Shown here: positions 23,886-36,838 of the stretch, in pieces
Layout of the letters: the number at the start of each line of letters is the position of its first letter
How positions within the stretch are numbered: position 1 is the first letter of the stretch
Source: Octopus vulgaris
Taxonomy: Eukaryota
NCBI GenBank assembly: GCA_951406725.2
Contig: OX597843.1
Location: 6,510,001-6,574,000, forward strand
DNA length: 64,000 nucleotides
Direction: 5' to 3'
Program-made: the position numbers and the translations under genes
Notes under the pieces: generated by a model
Seen by the model: only the letters and a program-made list of their open reading frames with translations
Database searches by the model: none
What the model was told of the DNA's origin: nothing

Positions 23886-24489
23886 ATCTACCTAGCTTTC
23901 ACCCTGAAGGGTTATGAGGGCAGAGACATCCCTCCTCTTAGGTGGAGCCCACATCACCATTTCTCATTTCAAGTTTCCCTTTAAAAGGGAAGTGAGGGTG
24001 GAGAGGAGGGGTGGGTGGGGTGCCGTCCTCGAATAAATTTATTGAAAGGTGAGCAAAAATAGAGAAAATGGCAGAAGTGGACGGCAACCCCTAAGTATAG
24101 ACCTGTGGATAAGGCACCACCCTAAATATAGGGCTGTGAGTTGGAGAAATTCAACAGCAGAGAGCAATTGCCTTTGGGGTTCCTAGAGGGCTTGGATGGT
24201 GGGGTTCTTCAACCGGCCCTACAGGCCCTCTTGTATCAGGGGAGCCTTAATGCGGATGAACTATGTAAACCTCAATGCCTTATGCCTGTCTTTGTATTGT
24301 CCCCCTCATCTGTTGCCCTTGTGGCAAATAAAAGAAATCATTATCATTGTTATGACAAAATGAGCAATGGATGGTAGAATCGGTAGAGCAACAGACGAAC
24401 CACCCAGCGGCGGGTGTTTAATGACGGCGCTTTACATTTTGAACTGCTGTTCCTTAGACGCGAACTTTACCTTTCATCTTTCAAGGGTA

Positions 24490-24900
24490 GTGAATAAAGT
24501 ACCAGTCAAGTACAAGACCTGTCAGTGAAATACCAGTGAAATATTGGGACAGTCACTCAAGTACCATCAACAAAATGAAGTACAGTCAAGTAATGGGGCA
24601 GTTGATATAATAAAGTACCAGCGAAGTACCGGAGCACTCAACAAGAAGTACAGTCGAGTACTGGGGCAGTCAATATAATAAATAGCAGCAAAGTACCGGG
24701 GCATGCAACAAAAAGTACAATTGAGCACAGGGATGGCCAAAATGAAGTACCAATTAAGTACTGGGGCAAAATAAAGTACAGTCGGGTACACGTATGCCTA
24801 AAATAAAGTACCAGTCAGGTACCATGGCTCTCAACAAAATGAAGTACAGCTGAGTACAAGGTTAGCTAAAATAAAGTACCAGTGAAGTACATATGGCACG
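24490..24900. repeat. Degenerate minisatellite built on aaataaagtaccagt
   Basis: More than ten aagtac cores at short irregular spacing. Confidence 0.65.
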
Positions 24901-25621
24901 CAACAAAACTGGTCAGTCTGGGGCTATGGTAGAAGACACTTGCCCAAGGGTGCCTAGCAGTGGGCCTGAACCCAGGACCATGTAATTGGGAAGAAAATCT
25001 CTTACCACAGAACCAGGTAGAAGCAATTTTGGTGCCGCTAGTACAGTGCTGCTTATATCTAGATAGAAAAAGTGGGGGAAGTAATGTAACTTAGTCAGTT
25101 AGACCCTAGTGCATAACTGGTACTTTATTTCAAAAATCCTGGAAAGCTGAAGAAAATGAAAGGCTAAGTCCACCTCGGTAAGAACATGTCAGCAAAAATA
25201 GGAAAAGGCATTTCGTCTGGTGCTCCACCGATTCTACAACTCTGAAACTAGGAATATTTCAAGAGAAAATTTACAGAAATTTATGACTTCAAGAAAAAAA
25301 AAAAGTTTAAAAAGAGAGAAAAAAAGAATGGAAAAAAAAAAAAAAAAACCGAAACTATTTTTTTTAATGAAATATGAAGCGAAGATATAAAATAGCAAAA
25401 TGAACTCGTTAAGAGGCATCGTTCGTTAGCCATGGCGGAATAATTGGGAATTTAAAAAAGAAGCGACAGGTACACAAGTATCAGCCATATTTAGCAAAAG
25501 CTGTTTGTTGTGAGAGAGCAGAAAAATTGAGCAAAGAACAGAAAAGCCAACGAACTACGGCATGTGGATGTGTGGGTGTGTGTGTATATATAATGTATAC
25601 ATATGTATATATAGACGTATG

Positions 25622-25654
<33 letters not shown>

Positions 25655-25712
25655 ATATATGTAAGTATATGTGTGTGTGTGTGTATATATATATGTGTAT
25701 GTGTGTGTGTGT

Positions 25713-25744
<32 letters not shown>

Positions 25745-25962
25745 TATCATCATCGTTTAACGTCCGCTTTCCATGCTAGCATGGGTTGGACGAGTATGTA
25801 TGTATATATGTGTGTGTGTATATATATATGTATGTATATATGTGTATGTGTGTGTGTTATATATATATATATAAATATATATACATATATATATATATAC
25901 ACACACTGCTCCTCAGAGTTTCATGTTCCCGTTCGTCGGACTGTTTTGATTGGGAATTCTCA

Positions 25963-26018
25963 ATCACAACTGTCTGATGACCAGGAGTATGAAACTCTGA
26001 GTAACAGCTTTTTGTGAT
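25963..26018 (+). ncRNA. Minimal type-I hammerhead ribozyme motif, same family as 14492-14547; stem II degenerate
   Basis: atcacaa-ctgt-CTGATGA(25974-25980)-ccaggagtat-GAAA(25991-25994)-CTCTGAG-TA-acag-cttt-ttgtgat. Stem I is ctgt/acag plus atcacaa/ttgtgat. An inverted degenerate copy lies at 25906-25943. Confidence 0.6.
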
Positions 26019-26220
26019 ATTTTTGCAGCTTTGATGATAATAATAAAGCATATTACTCTACCTCCGGTATTCCAGCACTATTTTCCCCCCCACCTTGTTT
26101 CACATTTGTGTGCTTACTCTGGTATATATATATAGATACACACATATATGTGGATATATATAGGGATATGTGTGTGTGTGTGTGTGTATATATATGGCTG
26201 TGTGTGTGTATATATATGGT

Positions 26221-26262
<42 letters not shown>

Positions 26263-26984
26263 TGCACGTACATATACAACATATGAATGCATATGTATGT
26301 GTTAATAAATGTATGAGTGTGTGTGTGTGTATAGACACATACATACACACTCGTATGTTGTGTTGTTATATGTATGAGAGTGTGGAAATACATGTGTGTG
26401 TGTGTGTGTGTGGTTCATAATGATGTGTATGTGCGTATGTATGTATATACTTGAAGCAGAGACTGCACTCCATTGACGTATGCAGTCTCCCTTTTCCTTA
26501 TTTCCATGACAACTGCAACTCAGAGTAACAACAGAATGGAACCCGAATTTTACACAATGTCACAGGTATTGAGTACGTTTCCCCGTCCCCTTTATAACAC
26601 CAAACATACAACCATGTATGTGTGTTTGGAGTTACAACCAAGTGGAGTAGGGAGCACTCGCTAGAAAGTGGAGTACTCACGATAAAGAGGAGTACATAAA
26701 TTTAATTTAAGCAAGAGTTTCCTCTCCTGGGTACTTGGAGTTTCACATCCCTGCCCTGTGTTGTTAGGCAGAAATGCGAAAGTCTGTAGCACCAGAGGGA
26801 AACTCGGTTCAAAATTAAATACACGGGTTTCACATACACCGAGCACATGCTTCAACAACATTGAACAAGATTATGAGGCTTTCATGCTGATCAGATATTG
26901 AGAAAAGGCCCAGGGCAAAGCGAGGGGCAAGACAGGCCAACAGATACCTACTGGGTTTCAAAAAGGTTATTTGGAAAGAGGGAG

Positions 26985-27305
26985 CAGTGATGATGAAGAT
27001 GAGGAGGATGAGGATGATGATGATGATGAGGAGGATGATGATGAGGAGGAGGATGATGTAATGATGATGATGAGGATGATGATGAGGATGAGGAGGAGGA
27101 TGATGATGAGGAGGAGGATGATGATGAGGAGGAGGAGATGATGATGAGGAGGATGATGATGAGGAGGAGGATGATGATGAGGAGGATGATGAGGAGGAGG
27201 ATGATGAGGAGGAGGATGATGATGAGGAGGAGGATGATGAGGAGGAGGATGATGATGATGAGGATGATGATGAGGAGGATGATGATGATGAGGAGAAGGA
27301 GGATG
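26985..27305. repeat. (GAT/GAG)n trinucleotide repeat
   Basis: About 320 bp of mixed gat/gag units. Confidence 0.95.
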
Positions 27306-28148
27306 AAATCAACAGCTGACAAGGAAATAATGGGGAGGCGAAAGATGGATGGAGAGGGGCAGGTTACGGTCATTTGGTATGGTTGTTCTGTCCTGCAACA
27401 GTCCCCCTTGCCAGGCCCTTGGAGAAACATTTAAACAATGACAGTAGACAGCTAGTTGTTCCTTCTCGAGCCCCGCCTGGCTCATAAGGGCCGGTTTCCC
27501 GGTTTCCTTAGCGTGTAGGTTCCCCACCTGAACAGGACGCTGGTTGGCCCGAGGGTGCAGCAGAAGATACTTGCCCAAGGTGCCACACAGTAGGACTGAA
27601 CCTGGAACCATGTGGTTTACATCTCCATGACATGGTGGTTCAGCAAAAGAGACCGATAGAATAAATACCAAACTTAAAATCAAACCAAGAGCTGGAGTCT
27701 GTTCCATTGGCTAAGAATTCAAGGTGGTGCCCCAGCATGGCCACAGTCTAATGACTGAAACAAGCAAAGGGATAGAAGACATAGCCAGCCTGATGGACCT
27801 CAGGGGTCGGCTGTGACTTAATTTTACTGTCCCAGGAGGAGCGGAAGATAAAACTAACTGGACAAGGATTGAACTCTGAATGCCAAGTTTAGGCAATAAC
27901 GGTTTTTAATCTCAGAGGCACATGGCTGCAGATTATGGGAACTGGGGGTTACTCGCAGTAAAAAAAAAAAAATCAACCCTGCCTTGCCCATCCGGCATTT
28001 GTCTGGGAATTTATTTTGGAAAGTCCCTGGGGGTGGGGGAACGAGAAACGAAGTTGATCTCATCTGGAGCTTATGAGGTTTGTGCGTGGGGGGGGGGGAT
28101 ACCCTACAAAGCATTTTGCCCAATGCTCTCAATAATTCAGCCATGCAC

Positions 28149-28216
<68 letters not shown>

Positions 28217-28344
28217 TAATAATAATATGTAGAAAAAGGTGCTGATATTTAAGTGAACAAAAATTTGATGAACATGCGAAAATAGAAGGAAAATGTATAT
28301 ATATATACATATATATACACATGTATATATGTACATATATATAC

Positions 28345-28390
<46 letters not shown>

Positions 28391-28409
28391 ATATATGTAT
28401 ATATAAATA

Positions 28410-28450
<41 letters not shown>

Positions 28451-28706
28451 GTATATATGAGTATATATGTTTATATATACATGTGTGTATATATAGGTAT
28501 ATACACACATATATATATAGTATTAACAAGACATATTCGACCATGCAGACACAGAAACGATATACATATAAACAGGAAGGTATATATATATACAGAGAGA
28601 TAGATATGTGCATGTATAAATGTATGTATGTATATACGAGTGTATATATACCTGTTATACAGTTCAAGATCCACTGCAAGCAATAAAGGTTGAGAGAAAG
28701 AGAGGA

Positions 28707-28744
<38 letters not shown>

Positions 28745-29299
28745 GGGGGAAGAGAAAGAGAGAAAGAGAAACAAGGGTCAGATAACAATATTACATGAAC
28801 ACTTGGGAACCAACAAACGGGGTCGAATGCAAACCAAATTAGGATGAAAGGAGGAAAAACAAAGGGTCCCTTTTTTTTTTCATTTTTTTTTGTCATACAA
28901 CAGGATACATTTAAAGGGATTGGCGAAGGGATACATCAACATCAATGTCAAACTTTAGGGGGAGAGCAGAGACATGAAAATAAAGGGGAGCAAGAAATGA
29001 TAAAATACAACAATACCATGACCCTCACAAAAACAACAACAGGGGTTTCAGGTAGGGGACAGACAAAAAAAAAAAAATGCATGATACAGAGGGTTCTTTC
29101 TATACAGGCAAAAATTGACAAAATTGTTTTACAAAGAAATGATAAATTGGTTACTATGGAAACTGTGAAGGACACACACATACAAAGTGGGAAAAAAGGG
29201 TGGAGGGCCACAATATATTACATCACATGACCTCATACAATTTGGGTAATGATATACTGTATATAAGAATGCAATAACTTTCATAGGTCACACACGAGC

Positions 29300-29545
29300 T
29301 CAGAGACTGAGCCTTCAAAAAGGGTCACACATCATTTCATACACTGACCCCTCAAAAGGTCACACTCACCTGATTCCATACACTGACCCTTCAAAAGGAC
29401 ACACACAATCTCATACACTGACCCCTCAAAAGGTCACACTCACGACCTCATACACTCACCCATCAAGAAGTCACGCTCATGACTTCAAACACTGGCCCTT
29501 CATAAGGTCACACACACACATGACTTCAATCAATGACCTTTTCAA
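29300..29545. repeat. Short diverged tandem repeat (~33-37 bp units)
   Basis: catacactgaccc(c/t)tcaaaaggtcacac recurs about 6 times. Confidence 0.75.
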
Positions 29546-29640
29546 GGCTATCTACAACAAGCTCACAGGCCCCCACACATCTGTAGATTCTATACTAGCT
29601 TCAAACACCAACAACCAGGCAGTATTTGGCAGCAAAGTCA

Positions 29641-29685
<45 letters not shown>

Positions 29686-30256
29686 TTTATTGAAATGGAT
29701 AAATGAATTATCTTGTTTCGGATTATTCAAATTATAACCGATACCTGGGTAGCAAAAATCACAACAGAAAAATCACGGTTGAGGTTACGACCATGGGGTC
29801 TCAAAACCGTGCCTTAGTGCGGAAATTTGAAGAGAAAGCTGCAAAATGGTCTCCTTATTCAATCCGAATTAGGGACTTTGCAGCCTTTGAAACATATGTA
29901 GAAAATAATAAAAAGGAATTTTGTTAAATCTTCGTTCAGCTCCATTTCTTACCTCACTAAATATATATATATATATATATATATATAATAATAAATATTA
30001 GGGAATAATATTTTAATTTTATTTAATTTATATAAAATTTTTTATGTATTGGATTAAGTCTTTCTTTGTTTGATTTGCATAATAGTGGTTTTGTCTCTAA
30101 TTAATATTATATATATATTAATACATATATAAGCGATCTCGGGATTGGTCGGCCGAGATTGCGAGGATGATCCGGTTCTTGACTGAAGATTGGGGGCTTC
30201 GAATGTCCCGTCCGTGTCTTTTTGTATTGTCTTCTAAATATGTATGTTTGGTTCTT

Positions 30257-31049
30257 CAAGCCATTCGTGGACATCAAAGACAACGGATGGACGTGTGTGA
30301 GTGCATTCGTACTAAAGTGAGAGAGAGAGAGAGAGAGAGCGACCAGGTGTTTCGGCTCAAGTCGAACCGTTGCCTTGGAGACGACCATGGTCGAAGCCAA
30401 TGGCGGTTTTATTGAATAAATTTACTCTTTTAGGATTTCAAGATATTTTTAGGGAATTTTGGTAAATATATCTGTTAAAATGAGATGTCAGAGTTATTTA
30501 GACGACAGATTATTTTCCGGCCCCTGTACGTGCGTGTGGGTATGTGTCTGGGTGTGGGGTCAAGGAGTCTGGGGTCGAGTTTTTGTTGGAGTTTTCAAGC
30601 CATTCGTGGACATCAAAGACAATGGATGGACGTGTGTGAGTGCATTCGTACTAAAGTGCGCGCGCGAGAGAGAGAGAGGGGGGGAGGGAGGGAGGGAGAG
30701 AGAGAGAGAGGGAGATGTGTGTGTGTGTGTATATATATACACATAGACACGCAAATCTCCCATTTCTGATGACTCAACTATTTTCAAGTTACAGCTAAAG
30801 GGAGGTAATTACGTTGTTCCTGCGTTGTCTTTGCTTTAACTTCTAATCTCTCCAGCAAACGTCCTTCAACGTCTCTGCACACACGCACCGCGCAGGCGTG
30901 GCTGTGTGGTTAGGGGTTAACTTCCAATCACAGGGTCTTGGGTTCAGTCCCACTGCGTGGCACCTTGGGCAAGTGTCTTCTACTATAGCCTCGGGACGAC
31001 CAAAGCCTTGTGAGTGGATTTGGTGAGCGGAAACTGAAAGAAGCCCGTC

Positions 31050-31092
<43 letters not shown>

Positions 31093-31482
31093 GTACATAT
31101 TTATGTGTGTTTTGTGTCTGTGCTTGTTCTCCCACCATCGCTTGACAACCGATGTTTGTGTGTTTATGTCCCTGCAAAAGCGACCGATAGAATAAGTACT
31201 GGGCTTACAAAAGAATAAGTCCCGGGGTCGAGTTGCTCGATTAAAGGCGGTGCTCCAGCATGGCCGCAGTCAAAATGACTGAAACAAGTAAAGGAATAAA
31301 ATAAATAATAAAATAAAAAAAGTTCGAGACGGCCATCAATGGCTGCTTCCCCGTTTCCCGCCCAAAGTTGTGTCGTCTGCTTCAGTTTCAGAATAGATTT
31401 TCCCCCCAATCTACTTCGTCTTGAGACAAAAAACACACATACATACACACACACATACCCACACACGTACACATACACATAG

Positions 31483-31514
<32 letters not shown>

Positions 31515-32330
31515 ATAAATACACACACACACATGCACATACATACACACACACACACACACATATACACACAAAACTGAAAACGAAAATCCTTCTATTT
31601 CATCCAATTCTTCGGCAATCTTTCATTTCTATAATTTTTTTTCCCTCAGCTTAAACACCTGGTCTCTCTCTCTCTCCCTTCTCTCTCTCTCCCTCCCTCC
31701 CTTCTCTCTCTCTCTCCCTCTCTCTCTCCCTCCCTCCCTTCTCTCTCTCTCACTCTCTCTCCCTCCCTCTCTCTCTCCCTCGCGCGCGCACACTTTAGTA
31801 CGAATGCACTCACACACGTCCATCCATTGTCTTTGATGTCCAAGAATGGCTTCAAAAACCCAACAAAAACTCGAACCCAGACTCCTTGACCCCACACCCA
31901 GACACATACCCACACGCACGTAAAGGGGCCGGAAAATAAACCGTCGTCTAAATAACTCTGACATCTCATTTTTACAGATAGATTTACCAAAATTCCATAA
32001 AAATATCTTGAAATCCTAAAAGAGTAAATTTATTCAATAAAACCGCCATTGGCTTCGACCATGGTCGTCTCCAAGGCAACGGTTCGACTTGAGCCGAAAC
32101 ACCTGGTCGCTCTCTCGCGCGCACACTTTAGTACGAATGCACTCACACACGTCCATCCGTTGTCTTTGATGTCCACGAATGGCTTGAAACCCCAAACATA
32201 CACTCCAACTCAGACTCGACCTCACACTCAGACTCGACCTCACACTCACACACATTCAGGGGGCGGAAAATAAACTGTTGTCTAAATTACGCAAAAATGA
32301 AAATTTCGCCGACATCTCATTTTAACAGAT
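30257..32330. repeat. Large inverted duplication (arms ~30257-30680 and ~31655-32187, each with two internal units)
   Basis: caagccattcgtggacatcaaagacaa.ggatggacgtgtgtgagtgcattcgtactaaagtg occurs at 30257 and 30596 (+) and as reverse complement at ~31790 and ~32125; the intervening ~270 bp is also mirrored. Confidence 0.9.
30890..31290 (+). mobile_element. SINE family A, full length, in the spacer of the inverted duplication
   Basis: Consensus match. Confidence 0.85.
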
Positions 32331-32798
32331 ATACTCTCTCTCTTTTATACTTGTTTCAGTCATTTGACTGTGGCCATGCTGGAGCACCGCCTTTAGTCGA
32401 GGCATGGCTGATGTCAGTGCCATTTGACCGGCACCCATGCTTGTGGCATGTATAAAGCATCATTTGAGCATTGGGCCTGACGGGGGCAGTGACAGGAGGT
32501 CAAGAGACCCTTGCCGATATACTGTGCTTGTGTTGCCCTGTCAAGTCAAGTAAGACCGTAGACGTGGCCAATGCTGGGATAAAAACCCCCTACAACACTC
32601 TCGGAGTGGTTGGTATGAGGAAGGGCATCCAGCCGTAGGGTCCTTGAAAAATCAGACTGGAAACTGGTGCAGCTTACCAGCTTTCAGTCCAACTGTCCAA
32701 CCCATGCCAGCAGGGAAAGCGGATGTTAAATGATGATGATGATGAAGAGGTCGAAAATTCTGGTTTTTTATTTAATTTTTAATTTTATATTTCATCCA

Positions 32799-33222
32799 GT
32801 TTCAGCTCACGAGCTGTGGCCATGCTGGGGCACCGCCATTTGGTGTTGCTACATGATTTTCCTTCACGAATGCTTTTTAGCAATTGCCATTTGGTGCATG
32901 AGAGAGTTTGATGCAGCTGCCCTCATCTGCACCTCCTGCCGTGAAGTTGGTTCACCTGGGATACCTGAGAGAAAGAGGTCCAGCTTTATTTTAAAGACAT
33001 CTGCATCCACCCCATGCAGGTCTCTCAGGTCCTTCGGGAGGATATTGAAGAGCTGTGAACCTCTGAAGCCCAGGCTATCGCAGTATCTTGTCCTACATCT
33101 TGATGGCAAATTTGGAGTCCTTGGCACTATGCAGTGGTGCCCAGTTCTAGCATTTGTGTAACTCTCGATGCCAAAGTTTGGGACAAGTCCTTCCAGGATC
33201 TTTCAGATGTGTATTATGGCAT
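32799..33222 (-). mobile_element. 5'-truncated CR1/L2-group-like LINE 3' end
   Basis: Peptide YAIIHI*KILEGLVPNFGI...SLGFRGSQLFNILPKDLRDLHGVDADVFKIKLDLFLSGIPGEP, followed by a short 3' UTR ending ggcggtgccccagcatggccacagctcgtgagctgaaac. Confidence 0.75.
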
Positions 33223-33629
33223 AATTTTTTAAAAATATTTAAAGTTTTCTTTTTTAATTTTTTGAACTATTAAAAAATTTCATTTTTTAATTTTGGAAAT
33301 TAAAAAAAATTTTCTGTTCTAATTTCTCGAATTTCTTTTGAATTGTTTTTAAATTTTCGAATTTAAAAAAAATTTCTTTTCCAATTTTTCGAGTTAAACA
33401 AAATCCGTTTAAAATAGAAACATTCTGAATTTTTGGCATAAATCCCCTCCATAAACCATTAAATGTGTTTAAGGGGAGAAAGATATTGAAAAACATCAAA
33501 CGAGGACGGTATGAGGTGGTCATGAGATGTACTAAAAATAACAGCTAAACACCTCTGAAGTCTTGCACCATTATTTAAATTTTTTTTTTTGGGGGGCGGT
33601 ATTGCATAATTGTATAAATTCCCGTGTAC

Positions 33630-34036
33630 ACTCTTTTACTTGTTTCAGTCATTTGACTGCGGCCATGCTGGAGCACCGCCTTTAGTCGAGAAACTCGACC
33701 CCGGGACTTATTCTTTTGTAAGACCAGTACTTATTCTATCGGTCTCTTTTGCCGAACCGCTAGGTAACGGGGACATAAACACACCAGCATCGGTTGTCAA
33801 ACAATGCTAGGGGGACAAACACAGACACACACACACGCATATATATACATATATATATATATACATATACACGACAGGCTTCTTTCAGTTTCCGTCTACC
33901 AAATCCACCCACAAGGCATTGGTCAGCCCAGGGCTATAGCAGAAGACACTTGCCCAAGATGCCACGCAGTGGGACTGAACCCGGAACCATGTGGTTAGTT
34001 AGCAAGCTACTTACCACACAGCCACTCCTGCGCCTA
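33630..34036 (-). mobile_element. SINE family A, full length
   Basis: Reverse complement of the consensus. Confidence 0.85.
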
Positions 34037-34744
34037 TAGATCACAAAAATTTTCTGAAATTCCAAAATAATAAAAAGAAATGATGAGGTAATCCTAATTG
34101 GCCGTAGCAGCAGCAACCTATTCATTCTTGGCTGAAAAAATTTCCCGAAGGTCAGTTTGACCTTTCCTGCCAAAAGTACAGAGGTCGATGTTCATTCGAT
34201 ACAGCAGAACCAGTAACGGCAGCAGTAACCGCTAACACCACTGCCAACGAAATAGTAAGGCCTTCAGCTCATGTCAAATACGGCCATGACCACCACCAAC
34301 AACTTTACCCCCACCCACTCACCACCCTTTCTATTTTATAGAAAGGGTCGTGAGTTACATATTATATATTAATGAAGAAACAGATAGGGTTTAAATCCTT
34401 AAAATCCTTTAAAGTGTTTTAGCCCGAAGGCCGCGCCCATGTTGGGGCACCACCGTTTTTTAAAATTTTTTTATTCATTTTAAAAAATTTTATTTAGTTT
34501 CAGCTCACAAGCTGTGGCCATGCTGGAGCACTGCCATATTTTATTTACATTTCTGAAGAAAAAAAAGATGCCCTAACCCTAAAACTAAAACAGATTGAAG
34601 TGCAATAGATCGATACCAGGGTCATAATTACGGGTGGACACTAAAGGGGGAACGGTTTTGTTATCCAGCCCTGTTTAAGAGTGACCCCTCAGTTTATGGC
34701 CACAGGGAATCTTTTTTTTTCTCATAGAAAACAGGGACATTTTC

Positions 34745-34890
34745 ATACGACGCCGCTCGGTGGTCGTTGTAGGATCGACTAGTCACGCCTAGCTAGCGCG
34801 GATGCGCGCACCGGGACCACTCTTCTTAAGTCGTACAGTAGAAAGGATGACACACGCTTCTCTACACGTGTCGTCGGTCGATGACTCAAG
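34745..34890. promoter_or_regulatory. CpG-dense non-repetitive patch; candidate promoter or enhancer
   Basis: About 18 CpG in ~140 bp by hand count, in a CpG-poor background; contains CACGTG, TGACTCA and TGCGCGCA. Confidence 0.3.
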
Positions 34891-35066
34891 TTTTATGTAA
34901 CAGCTCTCAGTGCAGGGGAGGCAACTAGTGTGGTCTTTAGAGAATTGCTCAGATTACTTCCCTTGATTTACCAGTATTTGAGACCTTTCAAATTTACTTT
35001 TCATGGGGACACACACACACACACGTGTCTGTGGGGCCTATCTATATATCGCAGCCCTTGTGTTCC

Positions 35067-35432
35067 TTACTCTTTTACTTGTTTCTGTCATTTGACTGCG
35101 GCCATGCTGGAGCACCGCCTTTAGTTGAGCAACTCGACCCCGGGACTTATTCTTGTAAGCCCAGTACTTATTCTATCGGTGTCTTTTGCCGAACCGCTAT
35201 GTGACGGGGACGTAAACACACCAGCATCGGTTGTCAAACACAGACACACAAACATACATATATACACACATATACGACAGGCTACTTTCAGTTTACGTCT
35301 ACCAAATCCACTCACAAGGCATTGGTCGGCCCGGGGCTATAGTAGAAGACACTTGCCCAAGGTGCCACGCAGTGGGACAGAACCCGGAACCATGTGGTTG
35401 GTAAGCAAGCTACTTACCACACAGCCACTCCT
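35067..35432 (-). mobile_element. SINE family A, full length
   Basis: Reverse complement of the consensus. Confidence 0.85.
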
Positions 35433-36254
35433 GTCCCTTGGTAACTTTTTACTGATTAAAATACGTGTGTTTGAGTTCCTTTTCCCCTGCTTTTCTCTTG
35501 GCGTTCTTGAGAAAATTCTGTAGTTTGTAAGCTATTTCTTGTTAAGTACATATTTGATTTGGTATATACACCCTTAATGTTAAATATATAATTTACTAAT
35601 GCCCTCTATATCGTAATCATTAAATGATAATGGTGGGACCACAGATTTAGGTAACAGACAAAAATCACAACTATTGATTGGTGGTGGAGGGTAACAAAGA
35701 AAGGGCTGGTTACAGGAGAGGGTAACAGATAGGATCTCATATTAATTAGGGATTAGTGGTTATCAGATGGGATTAGATATTGGGGTCGGGTAACAGACAG
35801 GCAGACAGAGAGATCCACCATTGATATTGGATTTGGTGGGGGAGGCAAAAATATCAATTTAATCCACCTGGTATTTTAGTGATACCTTATTTTATTGAGG
35901 TGTTCCAGCTGTGACCATCCCCACGCATACATACACTGAGTGTGTATAACATATTCATACACATACACACATACATACACATGCAAAATTGATGAAAAGA
36001 GTACAGCAAATCCGAGTGCAGATCAACACCAGACACTTTAGAGTACACAGAGTACACACACACACAGGTAACACCTCTGTTCATCACCTTTCCATGACAA
36101 ACACAATCTCACTAACAAAAGAAAAAAAAAAATGAAAACAGATAAAATATAAAAAACAACACATATGGCTGTGTGTGTGTGTGTGTGTGTGGTTGCAGCT
36201 TATGTGCAGAAAACCTCTTAATCCGGAGATGGGGGGGGGTTGAGACGCGTCCAC

Positions 36255-36838
36255 ACACATATACATACACTATATATATATTTATAAAATACATACACAC
36301 ACTATATATATATATATATAAATACACACACTATATATATATATTACACACATACACAATATATATATATATATATATATATAATACACACACACTATAT
36401 ATATATAAAATACACACACACACACTATATATAGATATATATATATATATATATATATAAATACACACACTATATATATATATAATACACACATACACAA
36501 TATATATATATATATATATGATACACACACACACTACACATATATATATATATATAATACACACACACTATATATATATGTATATAATACACACACACTA
36601 TATATATATAAAATACACACACACACACTATATATAGATATATATATATATATATATATAAATACACACACTATATATATATATAATACACACATACACA
36701 TATATATATATATATATATGATACACACACACACACTATATATATATATATATATATAATACACACACACTATATATATATGTATATAATACACACACAC
36801 TATATATAGATATATATATATAATACACACACATACAA
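36255..36838. repeat. Compound (TA)n/(CA)n microsatellite with a ~200-bp higher-order repeat
   Basis: The block aaatacacacacacacactatatatagatatat recurs near 36410 and 36610. Confidence 0.8.

Noticed and set aside
25234-25440. Minus-strand ccgccATGG Kozak-like start near 25433
   Set aside because: It leads into a T-rich low-complexity frame with no donor or recognisable protein.
26830-27434. Poly-Ser or acidic D/E-like ORFs
   Set aside because: Pure (GAT/GAG)n repeat with a TAA inside and no exon boundaries.
29703-29927. 74-aa non-repetitive + ORF
   Set aside because: No recognisable motif or splice context, and it is bounded by (TA)n tracts.
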